From the NCBI RefSeq assembly GCF_964355755.1, contig NC_092674.1, forward strand, positions 28,520,001 through 28,584,000: 64,000 nt of DNA, read 5' to 3'. This document shows positions 61,926 through 64,000 of the stretch, piece after piece. The DNA comes from Antedon mediterranea (Eukaryota; Animalia; Echinodermata). Every line of letters begins with the position of its first letter. The stretch's first letter is position 1. The notes under the pieces are model-generated. The model did not search any database and had not been told where the DNA came from. It worked only from the letters and a program-made list of their open reading frames with translations. The position numbers and the translations under genes were made by a program.

Positions 61926-64000
61926 ACTAGAGACAGTACAGTTGACCTTCTCATTTACGTACCCCTTGGTCTGAGTGAGAGGTTTTTGTAAATGAAAAGT
62001 AAATGAGAATATTCGGGAAAAAAAGGCCCCTCTATAAAAATCTTTGGTCACCGTAAAAACATGCCCAAACTACAAAGGCCCTATGATGATCAAATTGATC
62101 AATGGTCATATAAATTTGAATTTTAATAGTTTTAGTCTATTCACTATTACCCACGTAAATAAACCTGAACCATAAAATATTAATTACTACACTACTCTTG
62201 TAAGTACAGTAAATATTTGATGAGCAAGAGTGCCAAGACTTAAGTGATGATAGTAGAAAATATAAGCTTTCTCCGGGGATCCGACCTAATACTGCTGCTT
62301 TATGGCACTGTGTATAAAGTTAAAGAATTTAAAGTTATATAGATGTGTGATATAAGAAAATAAACAAGGTTTTAAGCCTATATAATGAGGATACTGTATC
62401 TTCCATTCCTGACTTTAGAAAACTAGATAGAAATGGTGTACTGTAGTAATATTATTGTAATATTCAATATTGTACAGTATATTAGGGTTGGATCATTTCA
62501 AAATTATTCTATCACAGTTTACTGTAGTAAAACTACATTTGTTTACTTTATTTAAAGAGTAAACAGAATGTATTTACTGCAGTAAACTGCAATAGAATAA
62601 TTTGGACATGGTCCCTTACAGGTATTACTGCCTATAAACCTGTATATAAATTAGCCTGAATCTATCTGGTAGCTAATTTTTAACTAGGCAACTTTTTATA
62701 CAAAGCTAAATCATTTTTTATTTTTATTTTTAACATCAAAGGGTACAGTATACATTTAACAAGCCAACATACTGTACACAACATTGGTATTTGGGACTCG
62801 AGCAGTAATATACAGTAGTATATCTATCTAGTATTTATTAAAAGAGGTTGAAAACTCAACAAGGATTTATTCTTATGTCTACTGTATCTCTACTAGATTT
62901 AGCTCAGTGAGGCACCGTTTTTCTCGAAAAATAAATTTGTTTTTAGCACATAGTAAAACAACCTACAATATATCTTTAATTATTTATAATTCTACGAGAC
63001 AAACATGTAGTTCGCATAAACATACACACATTACTCTCCTCAAGAAGACTAAATCTATCAACTAAACGTGATAATTCATACAGCTTTGAATTCCTTGATG
63101 ACCTTAAAAAGAATTTGTTAATAAAAATAAAGTCAAATATTTTTAGTAACACTGTCAATGTACAGTAGGCTACTGTATTTAAGTATAAAATGAATTATTT
63201 ATCATTTAAATATTTACTTCTAAATCATGTCAAAATGAATTAAATGCAAATTCTTTTAGAATAGAAATTTCAATGCAATATTCAATGACACAGTTTTCGT
63301 CTTATGTTTTACAATGACATGAGATGGTATCAGAGATAACAGTAATTACAGAATATACAGTACATGTATGTTGAGAAGTATGAAAATAATTTTCAGTGGC
63401 AATAACACCTGAGATTGAGAAGCAATAGTTTCAGTAATACATGAGATTTTTTTTCAAGAGAGGTGGGAAGAGGGATATAAGTGATGTACTGAAGATTCAA
63501 GAACATTTTATTTGATATAAAACAAAATAAACATTTTATCATTACTTATTAAGATCCTGTCCAAATTATTCTCTTGCAGTTTGTACAGTTTGTTACTCTA
63601 AAACTATGCAAAAGCATAGAATAGCAAGTCTTTTTGTCTTAGGTCAGACAATGGGGTTTTGGTTAATTTTTAACTTCTTTAATTTTGTCTTTTTATAGTA
63701 AGTGAAATCATCATTTTTGTTCATTTATTTTTCTACTAATAATATTGCTATAAAATACTTTATTGAAAGTAAAATTTGATTTGATTTTATTCAGGTTTCA
63801 ACATAAAATTACAAGACAAAGATAAAAAATACAAATAGAAACATGCAAAGTATTGCCCAGTGTACACAAGAAATCTAGGATAGCCCATAAAGTCGAAAAA
63901 AAAGTTATTTGCAATGGGGTCCTAACTAAAAAATATGGCCTAATTAGAAGTTTGATTTTATTCCTCTTTATTTTTTGGGGAACAACACATCTTTAAAAGA

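Overview
AT-rich, intron-rich animal genomic DNA. It is probably an invertebrate deuterostome such as an echinoderm, but that is an inference. Two convergent genes can be reconstructed with consistent GT-AG splice phases. The first is a 3-exon Golgi carbohydrate sulfotransferase of the HNK-1ST/CHST8-14 family on the + strand (4703-6373). The second is the last 16 coding exons of an ARHGEF17-like RhoGEF (DH, PH-like and beta-propeller regions) on the - strand (10530-56641); its 5' part lies beyond the window. Introns are filled with non-autonomous transposons. The most striking structure is a 12.6-kb 'Russian-doll' nest (42608-55212) of eight ~1.5-kb Helentron-associated (HINE/DINE-1-like) rolling-circle elements. 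Every inner copy sits 50-80 bp inside the 5' end of another copy, and the left and right ends pair like balanced parentheses to depth 5, with subfamily-matched subterminal inverted repeats. Other observations: 11-37 bp CAT...ATG palindromes with 7-8 bp target duplications (probable P/Galileo-type excision footprints, one with an empty paralogous site), a deleted Harbinger carrying a frameshifted Myb/SANT gene, several MITE families, a tRNA-derived SINE and minisatellites.
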